Assembly (NCBI GenBank): GCA_035505915.1 | Contig: DATJQI010000057.1 | Span: 11,774-75,773, forward strand | DNA length: 64,000 nt | From: Gemmatimonadales bacterium | GTDB taxonomy: Bacteria > Gemmatimonadota > Gemmatimonadetes > Gemmatimonadales > GWC2-71-9 | Direction: 5' to 3' | Part shown: positions 34,849 through 43,703 of the stretch, one piece after another | How the letters are laid out: every line of letters begins with the position of its first letter | How positions within the stretch are numbered: the first letter of the stretch is position 1 | Notes under the pieces: model-generated | Database searches by the model: none | Told to the model about the DNA's origin: nothing | Seen by the model: the letters and a program-made list of their open reading frames with translations, nothing else | Program-made: the position numbers and the translations under genes

Positions 34849-35343
34849 TCAACCTAGGACGCGGGTGACGGCGATTTCGTCGCAGCAGGACTGCCGCGGA
34901 CAACGGGCGCAGTCGGCCCAGACTTTCAGCGGGAACCGCGTCTTTTCGGTGCGGTCGAACCCCAGGCGGTCGAAGAAGTCCGGCTTGCGGGTGAGGGCGA
35001 ACGTTTCCGCCAGCCCGAGCCGCCGGGCGTCCTCGAGCAGCGCCGCGACGACGGCGCGTCCGATGCCGGCGCCCTGCCATCCGTCGGCCACCGCGAGTCC
35101 CGCGACTTCGGCGAGGGTCTGGCTGTAGACCTTGAGCGAGCCGCAGCCGATCACGTCGCCGTCCGGCGTCACCGCGACCACGTACTCCTTGATGTGGCGG
35201 CAGAGATCGTAGTTGGAGCGCGGGAGGAGATCGCCGGTGGCCACGAACGGGGCCATGAGGCGCTCGAGCCCGGGGACGTCCGCGAGCCGGGCCTGCCGGA
35301 TCTCCGGCGCCGGCCGCGGCAGCGGGATGGGGAGCGCGCTCAC
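34849..35343 (-). CDS. GNAT N-acetyltransferase, probable short-form N-acetylglutamate synthase
   Basis: GTG start in a GTGA overlap with the argD stop. GNAT motif A (WQGAGIGRAVV). Last gene of the argC-argB-argD array. Cys cluster CARCPRQSCC at the C-terminus. Confidence 0.65.
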   Translation of the reverse strand: MSALPIPLPRPAPEIRQARLADVPGLERLMAPFVATGDLLPRSNYDLCRHIKEYVVAVTPDGDVIGCGSLKVYSQTLAEVAGLAVADGWQGAGIGRAVVAALLEDARRLGLAETFALTRKPDFFDRLGFDRTEKTRFPLKVWADCARCPRQSCCDEIAVTRVLG

Positions 35344-36503
35344 GCGAGCACCTCGGCCAGCACGGCCAGGCCCCGGTCGAGGTCCGCGTCGCCGATCACG
35401 AGGGGCGGGAGAATCCGCAGGACGTCGGGGCCCGCGGAGAGCACGAGGAGCTGCCGTTCCCGCGCCGCCGCCACGATCCCCGCGGCGGGCACCGCCAGCT
35501 CCACGCCCCACATCAGTCCCCGTCCCCGGACGTCGCGGACCTTGGCCGACCGCCGCGCCAGCCGGGCGAGGCCCGCCCCCAGGTGCTCGCCCCGGGCCTC
35601 GACCGACGCCAGGAAGGCGGGCTCGGCGATGGTACGCACCACGTCGAGCGCCACGGACGCCACCAGCGGGCCGCCGCCGAACGTCGTGGCGTGATCCCCG
35701 GTCGCGAGGGCCTGCGCGATGCGGTCGGTGACCAGCACGGCGCCCATGGGCAGGCCGCCGGCGAGCGGCTTCGCGAGGGTCAGGATGTCGGGCGTGACGC
35801 CGGTCCGCTCGTAGGCGAAGAGCGTGCCCGTCCGGCCGAGTCCGCACTGGACCTCGTCGAAGATCAGCGCCGCGCCCCGCTCGTCGCAGAGCCGGCGGAG
35901 GAACCCGAGCCACTCGTCGGGCACCGGGCGGACTCCGCCCTCGCCCTGCACCGGCTCGATGATCACGGCGGCGGTGTCGGCGGCGGTGATGGCGGCTTCG
36001 GCCTGCGCCCGGTCCCCCAGCGGCAGGATCCGGATTCCGGGCGTGAGGGGCAGGAACGGCTTCTGGTACTCGTCGTGATCGGTGGCGGCGAGCGAGGCGA
36101 AGAGCCGGCCGTGGAAGGAATGACTGAACGCCACGATCCCGGTCTTGCGGCTCCACTTCCGGGCGAACTTGAAGGCGCCTTCGTTGGCCTCGGCGCCCGA
36201 ATTGCAGAAGAAGACCTGGTCCGCGAACGAGCGGCCGGCGAGCTCGGCGGCGAGGGCTTCGCCCGGCTCGGTGCGATAGAGGTTGGAGACGTGGATCAGC
36301 CCGGCGTCCAGGGCGCGGGTGAGCGCATCCCGGATGACGGGGTGGCCGTAGCCCAGGGCGTTCACGGCGATGCCGGACGCGAAGTCGAGGTAGCGGGTTC
36401 CGTCTTCGGCGATGAGCTCGACGCCCTCGCCGCCGGTGAAGACGGGGCCGACACGGGCGTACACGCCCAGAAGGGCCGATGCCGCCGGAGGCGCCGAGGT
36501 CAT
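35340..36503 (-). CDS. argD: Acetylornithine aminotransferase
   Basis: Class-III aminotransferase: FCNSGAEANEGAFKFARKW, DEVQCGLGRTG, LTLAKPLAGG (PLP Lys). Confidence 0.9.
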   Translation of the reverse strand: MTSAPPAASALLGVYARVGPVFTGGEGVELIAEDGTRYLDFASGIAVNALGYGHPVIRDALTRALDAGLIHVSNLYRTEPGEALAAELAGRSFADQVFFCNSGAEANEGAFKFARKWSRKTGIVAFSHSFHGRLFASLAATDHDEYQKPFLPLTPGIRILPLGDRAQAEAAITAADTAAVIIEPVQGEGGVRPVPDEWLGFLRRLCDERGAALIFDEVQCGLGRTGTLFAYERTGVTPDILTLAKPLAGGLPMGAVLVTDRIAQALATGDHATTFGGGPLVASVALDVVRTIAEPAFLASVEARGEHLGAGLARLARRSAKVRDVRGRGLMWGVELAVPAAGIVAAARERQLLVLSAGPDVLRILPPLVIGDADLDRGLAVLAEVLA

Positions 36504-37285
36504 GCCGAGCGGGCCAGGACGGACGGAACGGCGGGCGGGAGCGCGGTGATGCGGGTGCCCGCTCCCGGCTCGGTCAGCATCTGGAGATCGCCGATCCGGA
36601 CCACCTGGGCGCCGCCCGCGAGGGCGCGCTCCGCCGCCCGGAGCTTCGCGGCCATGCCGTCCGAGGCGGTGCCGTCGGCGATGAGACGCTCGATGTCGGA
36701 CGTGGACACGGTGGGCTGCGTCACGCCGCCCGCCATCACGCCCGGGACGTCGGAGACGAAGAGCAGCTCGCTCGCCCGCAGGGCGGCCGCGACCACCGCG
36801 GCGGCGCTGTCGGCGTTGACGTTGAGCGCGAGGGGGCTGCCGGCCGGATCGGGAGACACCGGAGCGATCACGGGCGTAAGCCCGGCGAGCACCAGGCTCT
36901 CGATGAGCGCGGTGCGAACCCGCGTGATCTCCCCGACGTAGCCCAGGCCGCCGCTCATCTGTGCGGCGGACAGGAGCCCGCCGTCGGCGCCCGACAGCCC
37001 GATGGCGTCGAGTCCGGCCGCGCGGAGCGCCGTCACCAGCAGGCGGTTCACGGGCCCCGACAGCACCATTTCGACCACTTCGGCCACTTCGGCCGTCGTC
37101 ACCCGCAGGCCGTCCCGCTTTTCGACCGGGAGCGCCAGCCGGCGCGAGAGATCGGTCACCGCGCGGCCGCCGCCGTGGACGACCACCGTGGCCCCGCCGC
37201 CGGCGACGGCCCGGGCGCAGGCCGCGACCCAGTCGGGGCGGTCGAGCTCGTTGCCGCCGAGCTTCACGACCCGGAGCTTCAGCAC
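36500..37285 (-). CDS. argB: Acetylglutamate kinase
   Basis: VVKLGGN, VVHGGG, NVNADSAA. The argD start sits in an ATGA overlap with this gene's stop. Confidence 0.9.
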   Translation of the reverse strand: MLKLRVVKLGGNELDRPDWVAACARAVAGGGATVVVHGGGRAVTDLSRRLALPVEKRDGLRVTTAEVAEVVEMVLSGPVNRLLVTALRAAGLDAIGLSGADGGLLSAAQMSGGLGYVGEITRVRTALIESLVLAGLTPVIAPVSPDPAGSPLALNVNADSAAAVVAAALRASELLFVSDVPGVMAGGVTQPTVSTSDIERLIADGTASDGMAAKLRAAERALAGGAQVVRIGDLQMLTEPGAGTRITALPPAVPSVLARSA

Positions 37286-38238
37286 GCGAGCCCCGCCGTC
37301 TCGGCCAGTCCGAGCATCACGTTCATGTTCTGCACCGCCTGCCCCGCCGCGCCCTTGACCAGGTTGTCGATGGCGGCGATGACGGTGAGGCGCGGCCGCC
37401 GGACATTCTCGACCGGCGTGACGCCCAGCGCCACCCGGTTCCGGTACACGACGTGCTGGAGCGAGGGGGTGGTGCCCTTGGTGATCTGGATGCAGGGCTC
37501 CCCGGCGTACGCCACCTCGTAGAGCCCCTCGGCCGTCGCCTGATCCAGCACGCGCGTGAGCGGCACGTGGATGGTCTCGAGGATGCCGCGCTTCACGGGC
37601 AGGAGATGCGGGGTGAACACGAGGTCCCCGGTGAACCCACCCTCGCGCGCGAGCGAGGCCTTGAGCTCCGCGAGATGCCGGTGCGTGTTGCCCACCGAGT
37701 AGGCGCGGTAGTCTTCGGAGACTTCGCCGAAGAGGAGCTCCCGCTTGGGGCTCCGGCCCGCGCCGGTGACGCCGGACGCGGCGTCGATGACGATCTCCCG
37801 GGACGGATCGATCAGCCCCTGCTGGGCCAGCGGCACCAGCGCGAGCAGCGCGGCGGTCGGATAGCAGCCGGGGTTCGCGACGATGTCGGCGTCGGCGACG
37901 CGGGGGCGGGTGAACTCGGTCAGCCCGTAGACCGCCTCGGGCGACAGCCGGAAATCGGCCGAGAGGTCGACGGCGCGGCGGCCGGCCGCGCGGACCTCGT
38001 GGACGTACCGGCCCGACACGCCGTGCGGGAGACAGGACAGCACGATCTCCGCGGACGCGAGCGGCGCGTCCTCGGCGCGGATCAGGGTGTGGCCGTCGAG
38101 GGTCTGCCCCGCCCCGGATTCCGCGGTGGCGAAAGCGATGGAGGCCCCCGGATGCCGGCTCAGGAGCGAGAGGAGCTCGCGACCGACGTATCCGGAGGCC
38201 CCGAGGATGCCGACGGGCACGGATGCATAGTTATTCAT
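37279..38238 (-). CDS. argC: N-acetyl-gamma-glutamyl-phosphate reductase
   Basis: GASGYVGRELL, active-site NPGCYPT, DNLVKGAAGQAVQNMN. Confidence 0.93.
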   Translation of the reverse strand: MNNYASVPVGILGASGYVGRELLSLLSRHPGASIAFATAESGAGQTLDGHTLIRAEDAPLASAEIVLSCLPHGVSGRYVHEVRAAGRRAVDLSADFRLSPEAVYGLTEFTRPRVADADIVANPGCYPTAALLALVPLAQQGLIDPSREIVIDAASGVTGAGRSPKRELLFGEVSEDYRAYSVGNTHRHLAELKASLAREGGFTGDLVFTPHLLPVKRGILETIHVPLTRVLDQATAEGLYEVAYAGEPCIQITKGTTPSLQHVVYRNRVALGVTPVENVRRPRLTVIAAIDNLVKGAAGQAVQNMNVMLGLAETAGLAC

Positions 38239-38260
38239 CTCGCCGGGAATTTATGCATCC
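38221..38260 (-). promoter_or_regulatory. Candidate tandem ARG-box-like operator overlapping the argC start codon
   Basis: The minus strand reads GGATGCATAAATTCCCGGCGAGATGAATAACTATGCATCC. The 9-bp terminal arms are a perfect inverted repeat. GATGAATAACTATGCATC matches 12 of 16 defined positions of TNTGAATWWWWATTCANW. A second, weaker GATGCATAA half lies 20 nt upstream. Confidence 0.3.
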
Positions 38261-38282
38261 CCCCGGCGGGCGCAAGGGCGGT

Positions 38283-39188
38283 TCAGCCCGCCGGAGGCGC
38301 GACCGCGATGCCCATGGAGTGGTAGCCGTTGTCCACGTACACGGTGGTTCCGGTGATCCCGGCCGCCAGCGGAGAGGCCAGAAAGGCCGCGGTATGGCCC
38401 ACATCCATGGCGTCGATGGACCGGGGCAAGGGAGAGTTGGCCTTGGTATACGCGACCATCGTGTCGATGAACCCGATGGCCGAGGCGGCCCGGGAGGCCC
38501 AGGGGCCGGCCGAGATGGTGTTGATCCGGACGCCGAAGCGGCGGCCCGCTTCGTAGGCGAGGGTGCGCGTGTCGGACTCGAGGGCGGCCTTGGCCGAGGA
38601 CATCCCGCCGCCGTACCCCGGCACCACCCGCTCCCCGGCCATGTAGGTGAGCGAGAGGAAGGAACCCTGGGGGCGGGTCAGGGGACCGAACGCGCGGACC
38701 ATCGAGACCAGGCTGTAGGCGCTCACCGACACCGCCGAGAGGTACCCCGCCCGGCTCGTGTCCAGGAGCGGCTTCTTGACCTCGGGTCCGTTGGCGAGGG
38801 AGTGCACCACGATGTCGAGGGGGGTCTCCCCGAAGTCCCGGGTGAGGAGGGCGCGGACGCCTTCGATGCTGAAGTCCCCCACCTCCTTGTACCGCTTGTT
38901 CTCCCGGACCTCGGCGGGGGCGTCGGCCAGCGTGTCATAGGCCGCGTCCAGCGGGTAGACCTTCTCGAAGGTCAGCTTCCGCCCGTCCGAGAGCAGCATC
39001 GACTCGTCCATTTTTCCGCGCTCGAGCAGCTTGGTGAAGATGCCGAGGGCCGGAGGCCAGCTGCCGAGGCAGATCGTGGCTCCCGCCTCGGCCAGCGCCT
39101 TGGCGATGGCGAATCCGAAGCCGCCGTCGTCCGACACGCCGGCGACGAACGCCCGCTTGCCCGTCAAATCGATCCGCAGCATGGTCAC
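38283..39188 (-). CDS. fabI: Enoyl-ACP reductase (NADH), long FabI type
   Basis: GVSDDGGFGFAIA, the Tyr-x6-Lys region YGGGMSSAKAALE, INTISAGP. GTG 39188 sits in a GTGA overlap (alternative ATG at 39182). Confidence 0.85.
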   Translation of the reverse strand: MTMLRIDLTGKRAFVAGVSDDGGFGFAIAKALAEAGATICLGSWPPALGIFTKLLERGKMDESMLLSDGRKLTFEKVYPLDAAYDTLADAPAEVRENKRYKEVGDFSIEGVRALLTRDFGETPLDIVVHSLANGPEVKKPLLDTSRAGYLSAVSVSAYSLVSMVRAFGPLTRPQGSFLSLTYMAGERVVPGYGGGMSSAKAALESDTRTLAYEAGRRFGVRINTISAGPWASRAASAIGFIDTMVAYTKANSPLPRSIDAMDVGHTAAFLASPLAAGITGTTVYVDNGYHSMGIAVAPPAG

Positions 39189-40252
39189 TCCACCCGTTCG
39201 AGTCTGGAATTGGGCTGGAAGCGCCGGCCCACCTTGGCGCAGTCACGGCCGTCGACGCGCACCACATCCGCCGTGAAATCGTAGCGTCCCTGGAAGAGGC
39301 TCGAGCCGACGCCGTACATGTCCACGGGGACGCCCTGCTCTTCGAAGGCCCGGATCTTTTCCACGTTGAAGCCTCCCGACACCACGATCTTCACGCCCGG
39401 GAACCCCTCGGCGTCGAGGGCGCGCCGGACATTCCGGACCAGCTGAGGATTCACGCCGGTGGGCTTGAAGGAGCCCATCTGCGGCACGATCGAGCGGTCC
39501 ACGAGGGTTTCCGACGTATCGAGCCGCACGCCGTAGAGCCGGGAGCCCAGGGCCCGGGCGACCGCCAGGGACGTCCCGACGCAATCGTTCTCGAAGTCCA
39601 CCAACGTGATCAGCGAAACCTCGGGGTCCATCAGCTCGGCGAACTTCCTCGACGCGAGGACGGTGTCGCCGCCGTACGCCGCGATCAGCGCGTGCGGCAC
39701 GGTCCCGATCCCTTCGGAGCCCCACCACGACGCCTGGGCGTCGGTCGATACCCCGATCGCGCCGGCGATGTGCGCCGCGTACCCGTCCCCGGTCTGGACC
39801 AGCCAGTGGTCGTGCCGCGCCGGGAAGAACATCACCTGCTTGGGACGGGCCGCGTCCACCACCGCCCGCGTGTTCGTTCCCACGCGGGTGCGGCGGGCCA
39901 GGATGCCCAGGTACAGGGTCTCGAGATGGGCGAAGGCGTCGTACGGCCCCTCGATGAGGAGGACCGTCTCCCAGGGCGCGATGGGTTCTCCGTCGTAGAG
40001 CGCCGACACCGTGAGCTCGTCCCAGTGGTCGGAGCAGAGCTTCAGGATGGCGATGACCTCGTCGATGCCGCCCAGGAACCCCGACGTCTTGCCGAACACC
40101 TGCATCGTCACGCGCGGCCGGTACCGGTCCCGCCGGAGGAGCTCACGCGCCCGGACGAAGTACTTGTCCGAGTAGTAGCCCTCCCGCATCCGCTCCACCG
40201 GGAGATGGAAGATCGATGGGTCCAATCGCTTCTTGCGCGGCATCAGCTCCAT
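39185..40252 (-). CDS. Nicotinate phosphoribosyltransferase (archaeal/type-II-PRTase-like form)
   Basis: EGYYSDKYF N-terminus, GTVPHALI, VRLDTSE, KIVVSGG. Alternative ATG at 40243 (TGATG junction). Confidence 0.78.
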   Translation of the reverse strand: MELMPRKKRLDPSIFHLPVERMREGYYSDKYFVRARELLRRDRYRPRVTMQVFGKTSGFLGGIDEVIAILKLCSDHWDELTVSALYDGEPIAPWETVLLIEGPYDAFAHLETLYLGILARRTRVGTNTRAVVDAARPKQVMFFPARHDHWLVQTGDGYAAHIAGAIGVSTDAQASWWGSEGIGTVPHALIAAYGGDTVLASRKFAELMDPEVSLITLVDFENDCVGTSLAVARALGSRLYGVRLDTSETLVDRSIVPQMGSFKPTGVNPQLVRNVRRALDAEGFPGVKIVVSGGFNVEKIRAFEEQGVPVDMYGVGSSLFQGRYDFTADVVRVDGRDCAKVGRRFQPNSRLERVE

Positions 40253-40977
40253 TCCTCGTCGATCCGGTACCGGGTTACCCGGCGCTGCATCCAGCGGACC
40301 GCGAGCGCGTCGGCGAGGGCCCGGAACACGCGGTTCCACATGCCGTATTTCGTGGTCCCGAATATCCGCGCGCGATGGCGCACCGGCACCTCGGCCACGG
40401 TTCCACCCCGCATCTTCACCAGCGTGGGCAGGAAGCGGTGCATCCCGTTGAACCACGGGATGTCCCGCACCGCCTCGGCCCGGAACGCCTTGAGCGAGCA
40501 GCCGGTGTCCCGGATGGTCTCGTCGGTCAGCCAGTTCCGGACCCCGTTGGCGATCCGGCTCTGCACCTTCTTCCACCCGGTGTCCCGGCGATCCGCGCGG
40601 TATCCCGCCACCGCCGCGTTCCCGCTCCCCTCGAGCGCCGCGACCAGGCCCGGAATGTCGGCCGGGTCGTTCTGCAGGTCGGCGTCGAGCGTCACGATGA
40701 CCTTCCCCCGGGCCGCCCGGAAGCCCGCCGCGAACGCCGCGCTCTGGCCAGCGTTGCGCGCGAAACCCACGAGGCGCAGCTCGGGGTGCAGCGCCCGGAG
40801 GCGCCGGAGCTCCTCCCGCGATCCGTCCGACGAGCCGTCGTCCACCGCCACCACCTCGTAGGCGGGACGGACCGGACGGAGCGCGGCGGCGATCTCCTCG
40901 AGCAGGCGGGGCAGGCTTTCCCGCTCGTTGTAGACCGGGATCACGAGCGAAAGCTCAGGGGCGGGAGCGGGCGGCAT
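40243..40977 (-). CDS. Family-2 glycosyltransferase, polyprenyl-phosphate sugar transferase type (DPM1/GtrB/ArnC-like)
   Basis: LSLVIPVYNE, AVDDGSSDGS, TLDADLQNDP. 244 aa from the ATG at 40977. Confidence 0.8.
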   Translation of the reverse strand: MPPAPAPELSLVIPVYNERESLPRLLEEIAAALRPVRPAYEVVAVDDGSSDGSREELRRLRALHPELRLVGFARNAGQSAAFAAGFRAARGKVIVTLDADLQNDPADIPGLVAALEGSGNAAVAGYRADRRDTGWKKVQSRIANGVRNWLTDETIRDTGCSLKAFRAEAVRDIPWFNGMHRFLPTLVKMRGGTVAEVPVRHRARIFGTTKYGMWNRVFRALADALAVRWMQRRVTRYRIDEEWS

Positions 40978-41410
40978 CGAGCTCTCGCGCGTCCGGATAG
41001 CGGGCCCGCATCTCCGCCAGGAGCCGGTCGGCCCGGCCCCCGTCTCCCTGATGCGTCCGGTAGATCTCGGCCAGGCGTACGGCGGTGAGCACCTTGCGGT
41101 GGCGGTCGGCGGCGGGGCTGTCGAGGAGGCGTTCCAGGTAGGCGGTCTCCTCGTCGATGGTGAAGGCCGGGGGAGCATCACCGTAGGCGACGCTGGTGAA
41201 CATCCGGCCGAGGGGCCGCACCACCAGGTTGAGGGTGTCGTGAAACACGACCCAGAACACCCACAGGACCCCCAGGAGCTCGGCCAGGTGCCGGTCGAGC
41301 GCGCCGGTCACGAACCACACGAGCCCCAGGATCACCGTCGCAACCGCCAGCGCGCCCCCCAGGAGGGCCCGGACGACGGTGGCGGGGTCATCCCAGCTGC
41401 CGAAGAGCAC
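40955..41410 (-). CDS. Membrane-anchored helical-repeat protein, distant relative of 8757-10052 pair
   Basis: GTG start. Two TM helices, then ...YLERLLDSPAADRHRKVLTAVRLAEIYRTHQGDGGRADRLLAEMRARYPDARE. This resembles the C-terminal pattern YLEVRR..PDERRE...LY.R.GR.DRL..ELARFADRY of the tandem paralogs. Confidence 0.5.
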   Translation of the reverse strand: MLFGSWDDPATVVRALLGGALAVATVILGLVWFVTGALDRHLAELLGVLWVFWVVFHDTLNLVVRPLGRMFTSVAYGDAPPAFTIDEETAYLERLLDSPAADRHRKVLTAVRLAEIYRTHQGDGGRADRLLAEMRARYPDARELDAARSRP

Positions 41411-41446
41411 GGTCGGAACGTAGGGGCGTCCCCGGACCCGAGCAAG

Positions 41447-41475
41447 TTGACAGGAGGTGGGCCCCGCCGTAAACC
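41447..41475 (+). promoter_or_regulatory. Candidate promoter for the asparaginase/Omp85 genes
   Basis: Perfect TTGACA (41447-41452), a 17-nt spacer, then TAAACC (a weak -10). GGAG lies 8 nt upstream of the GTG at 41510. Confidence 0.3.
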
Positions 41476-41509
41476 TACGGCGCCCGAGCCATCTCCCGGA
41501 GCGTCACCC

Positions 41510-42559
41510 GTGTCCGACCACCTGTCCCGCCGTGAATTCGTCGCCGCCGGCGCGGTCGCCGCCAGCGCGGCCGCGATCCCGCACGCCATTCGGCCCCCCC
41601 GCCCGCTCCCGGCCGCGAGCCGGTGGGCGACGAAGCCGGTGATCATCTCGAGCGCCAACGGCATCCGGGGTGTGCAGAAGGCGTTCGACCTGATCATGGG
41701 CGGCGCCGATCCCCTCGACGGCATCATCGAAGGGGTGAAGATCCAGGAGCTCGACCCGAAGGACATGTCCGTCGGCTACGGCGGCCTTCCCAACGCCGAG
41801 GGAGTGGTTCAGCTGGATGCGTCGTGCATGCACGGCCCCACGCGCCGCGCCGGCGCGGTCGGCGCGCTCGAGGGGATCAAGACGCCCTCCGAAGTGGTCA
41901 AGTGCGTCATGAAGTACACGGATCACATCCTGCTGGTCGGCGCGGGCGCCCAGAAATTCGCCGTGGAGTACGGCTTCAAGATCGAAGATCTGCTGACCGA
42001 CGAGGCCCGGGACGCCTGGCTCCACTGGCGGGCGAACCTCAATCCGAAGGATGACTACCTCGACGTCCCGGGGGGCACGCCGATGGTCCACCGCCCCACC
42101 GGCACCATCAACATGGACGCGGTGACGCCGGCCGGGGACATCGCCTCGGTGACCACCACCGCCGGGCTGGCGTTCAAGGTGCCGGGCCGCGTGGGAGACT
42201 CGGCGATCGTGGGCGCCGGGCAATACACCGACAACGACGTCGGGGCCGCGGGGTCCACGGGACTGGGTGAGCTGAACATCATGGCGTGCGGAGGGGCCAC
42301 CATCGTCGATTTCATGCGGCGGGGGATGAAGCCCACGGATGCGTGCCTCGAGACCCTCAAGCGGGTCCTGCAGGTGACCGATGCGAGTCACCTGACCCCG
42401 GACCGGAAGCCGAAGTTCGGGCTGAGCTACTACGCCGTCAACAAGAAGGGGGAGTACGGCTCCGCCTCGTTCTACCCCACCCCCTTCGCGGTCCACGACG
42501 GCACCGACGCCAAGGTGGTGGACGGCGCGCACCTCTTCGACGGCCCGCAGCCCTCGTGA
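41510..42559 (+). CDS. Ntn-hydrolase asparaginase-2 family (glycosylasparaginase / isoaspartyl peptidase) with Tat-type signal
   Basis: (M)SDHLSRREFVAAGAVAASAAA twin-arginine signal. Autoprocessing-type TGTINMDAV and GSTGLGE motifs. Confidence 0.8.
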   Translation: MSDHLSRREFVAAGAVAASAAAIPHAIRPPRPLPAASRWATKPVIISSANGIRGVQKAFDLIMGGADPLDGIIEGVKIQELDPKDMSVGYGGLPNAEGVVQLDASCMHGPTRRAGAVGALEGIKTPSEVVKCVMKYTDHILLVGAGAQKFAVEYGFKIEDLLTDEARDAWLHWRANLNPKDDYLDVPGGTPMVHRPTGTINMDAVTPAGDIASVTTTAGLAFKVPGRVGDSAIVGAGQYTDNDVGAAGSTGLGELNIMACGGATIVDFMRRGMKPTDACLETLKRVLQVTDASHLTPDRKPKFGLSYYAVNKKGEYGSASFYPTPFAVHDGTDAKVVDGAHLFDGPQPS

Positions 42560-42584
42560 GCCGCGTCTGAGAGCTGCGTGGTAC

Positions 42585-43703
42585 GTGGCGCTCGCGGCAC
42601 TGGGCGGCGCCTCCCCCCTGGCCGGCCAGCGGGTGTGGACCAACACCCTCTACCCGTACGCCTACTACACGAGCGTCGACGGCTTCTGGATCGCCGGCCA
42701 CTTCAGCGAGTACAGCCCACTGGGCTTCGCGCCCCGCCCCGAGGCCAACGGCGCCGCGGTCACCGTGGACGGGGCGGCGAGCACCCAGGGGAGCTACCTC
42801 CTCCTCGTGGACGCCGAAGCACCCGCGCTCTGGGACGGGTGGCGCGTGGGACTCACCCTCTCGGCGAACCGGGACAACCGGCTCGGATTCTTCGGACCCG
42901 GCAACGCGACGGTCAACGACGCCGACAGCGTCGGTCCGGGCAGCCCCTACTTCTACAAGGTCAGCCGGTCCCGGCAGTACGCGCGTCTCACCGTCCAGCG
43001 GCGCGTCATCGGCGCCCTCCGGGTCCTCGCGGGAGCCCAGCTCGAGCACACCGACTTCCGCGCGCTCCCGGGGGCCAGCGCCTTCAGCCGGGACTTGACC
43101 GCCGGCGTCGTCGACTCGACCCGAATCCCGTTCACGGACGAGCTCGTGCGCGCCGGCCTGGTCTTCGACACGCGCGACGTCGAGCTGGTGCCCCACTCGG
43201 GAGTGCTGCTCGAGGCCCTGTACGCCGCGGGACGCGGCTACAACCGCCGGACCGCGTCCGCCAAGGTGTACGTGAACCCCACCGAGAAGCTCGTGATCGC
43301 GGGCCGTCTGGCGGCGGAGGCGATGGGCGGACGTCCGCCCCTGGCCGCCGAGCTGGAGATGGAGTCGAGTGAGCTGCCGTACGTGGCCGTCGGCGGGTAT
43401 CGGTCGCTGCGGGGATACTACGACGCCCGGTTCACGGGACCGGGCAAGCTCCTGGGCGGCCTCGAGGCCCGATACGGCCTCCTCTGGGCCCCGACCCTGT
43501 TCGAGCTGGATCTCGTCGCCTTCTACGACGCGGGGCGGGTCTTCGACGCGGGGCAGTCGGTGACGCTCACGACGAAAGGCCTGCACCAGAGCGGCGGGGG
43601 CGCGCTGGGATTCCGGTTCGGGCGGAACACGGTGCTGACCTTCGGCTACGGCCGGGGCGGCGAAGGCGGGCAGATCCTCTTCGGAACGAGCTGGAGCTTC
43701 TAG
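42585..43703 (+). CDS. Omp85/BamA-family outer-membrane beta-barrel protein without POTRA domains
   Basis: VGGYRSLRGY motif, alternating beta-strand pattern, C-terminal ...FGTSWSF. GTG 42585 gives a short signal. An in-frame CTG at 42567 would give a better one. Confidence 0.7.
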   Translation: MALAALGGASPLAGQRVWTNTLYPYAYYTSVDGFWIAGHFSEYSPLGFAPRPEANGAAVTVDGAASTQGSYLLLVDAEAPALWDGWRVGLTLSANRDNRLGFFGPGNATVNDADSVGPGSPYFYKVSRSRQYARLTVQRRVIGALRVLAGAQLEHTDFRALPGASAFSRDLTAGVVDSTRIPFTDELVRAGLVFDTRDVELVPHSGVLLEALYAAGRGYNRRTASAKVYVNPTEKLVIAGRLAAEAMGGRPPLAAELEMESSELPYVAVGGYRSLRGYYDARFTGPGKLLGGLEARYGLLWAPTLFELDLVAFYDAGRVFDAGQSVTLTTKGLHQSGGGALGFRFGRNTVLTFGYGRGGEGGQILFGTSWSF

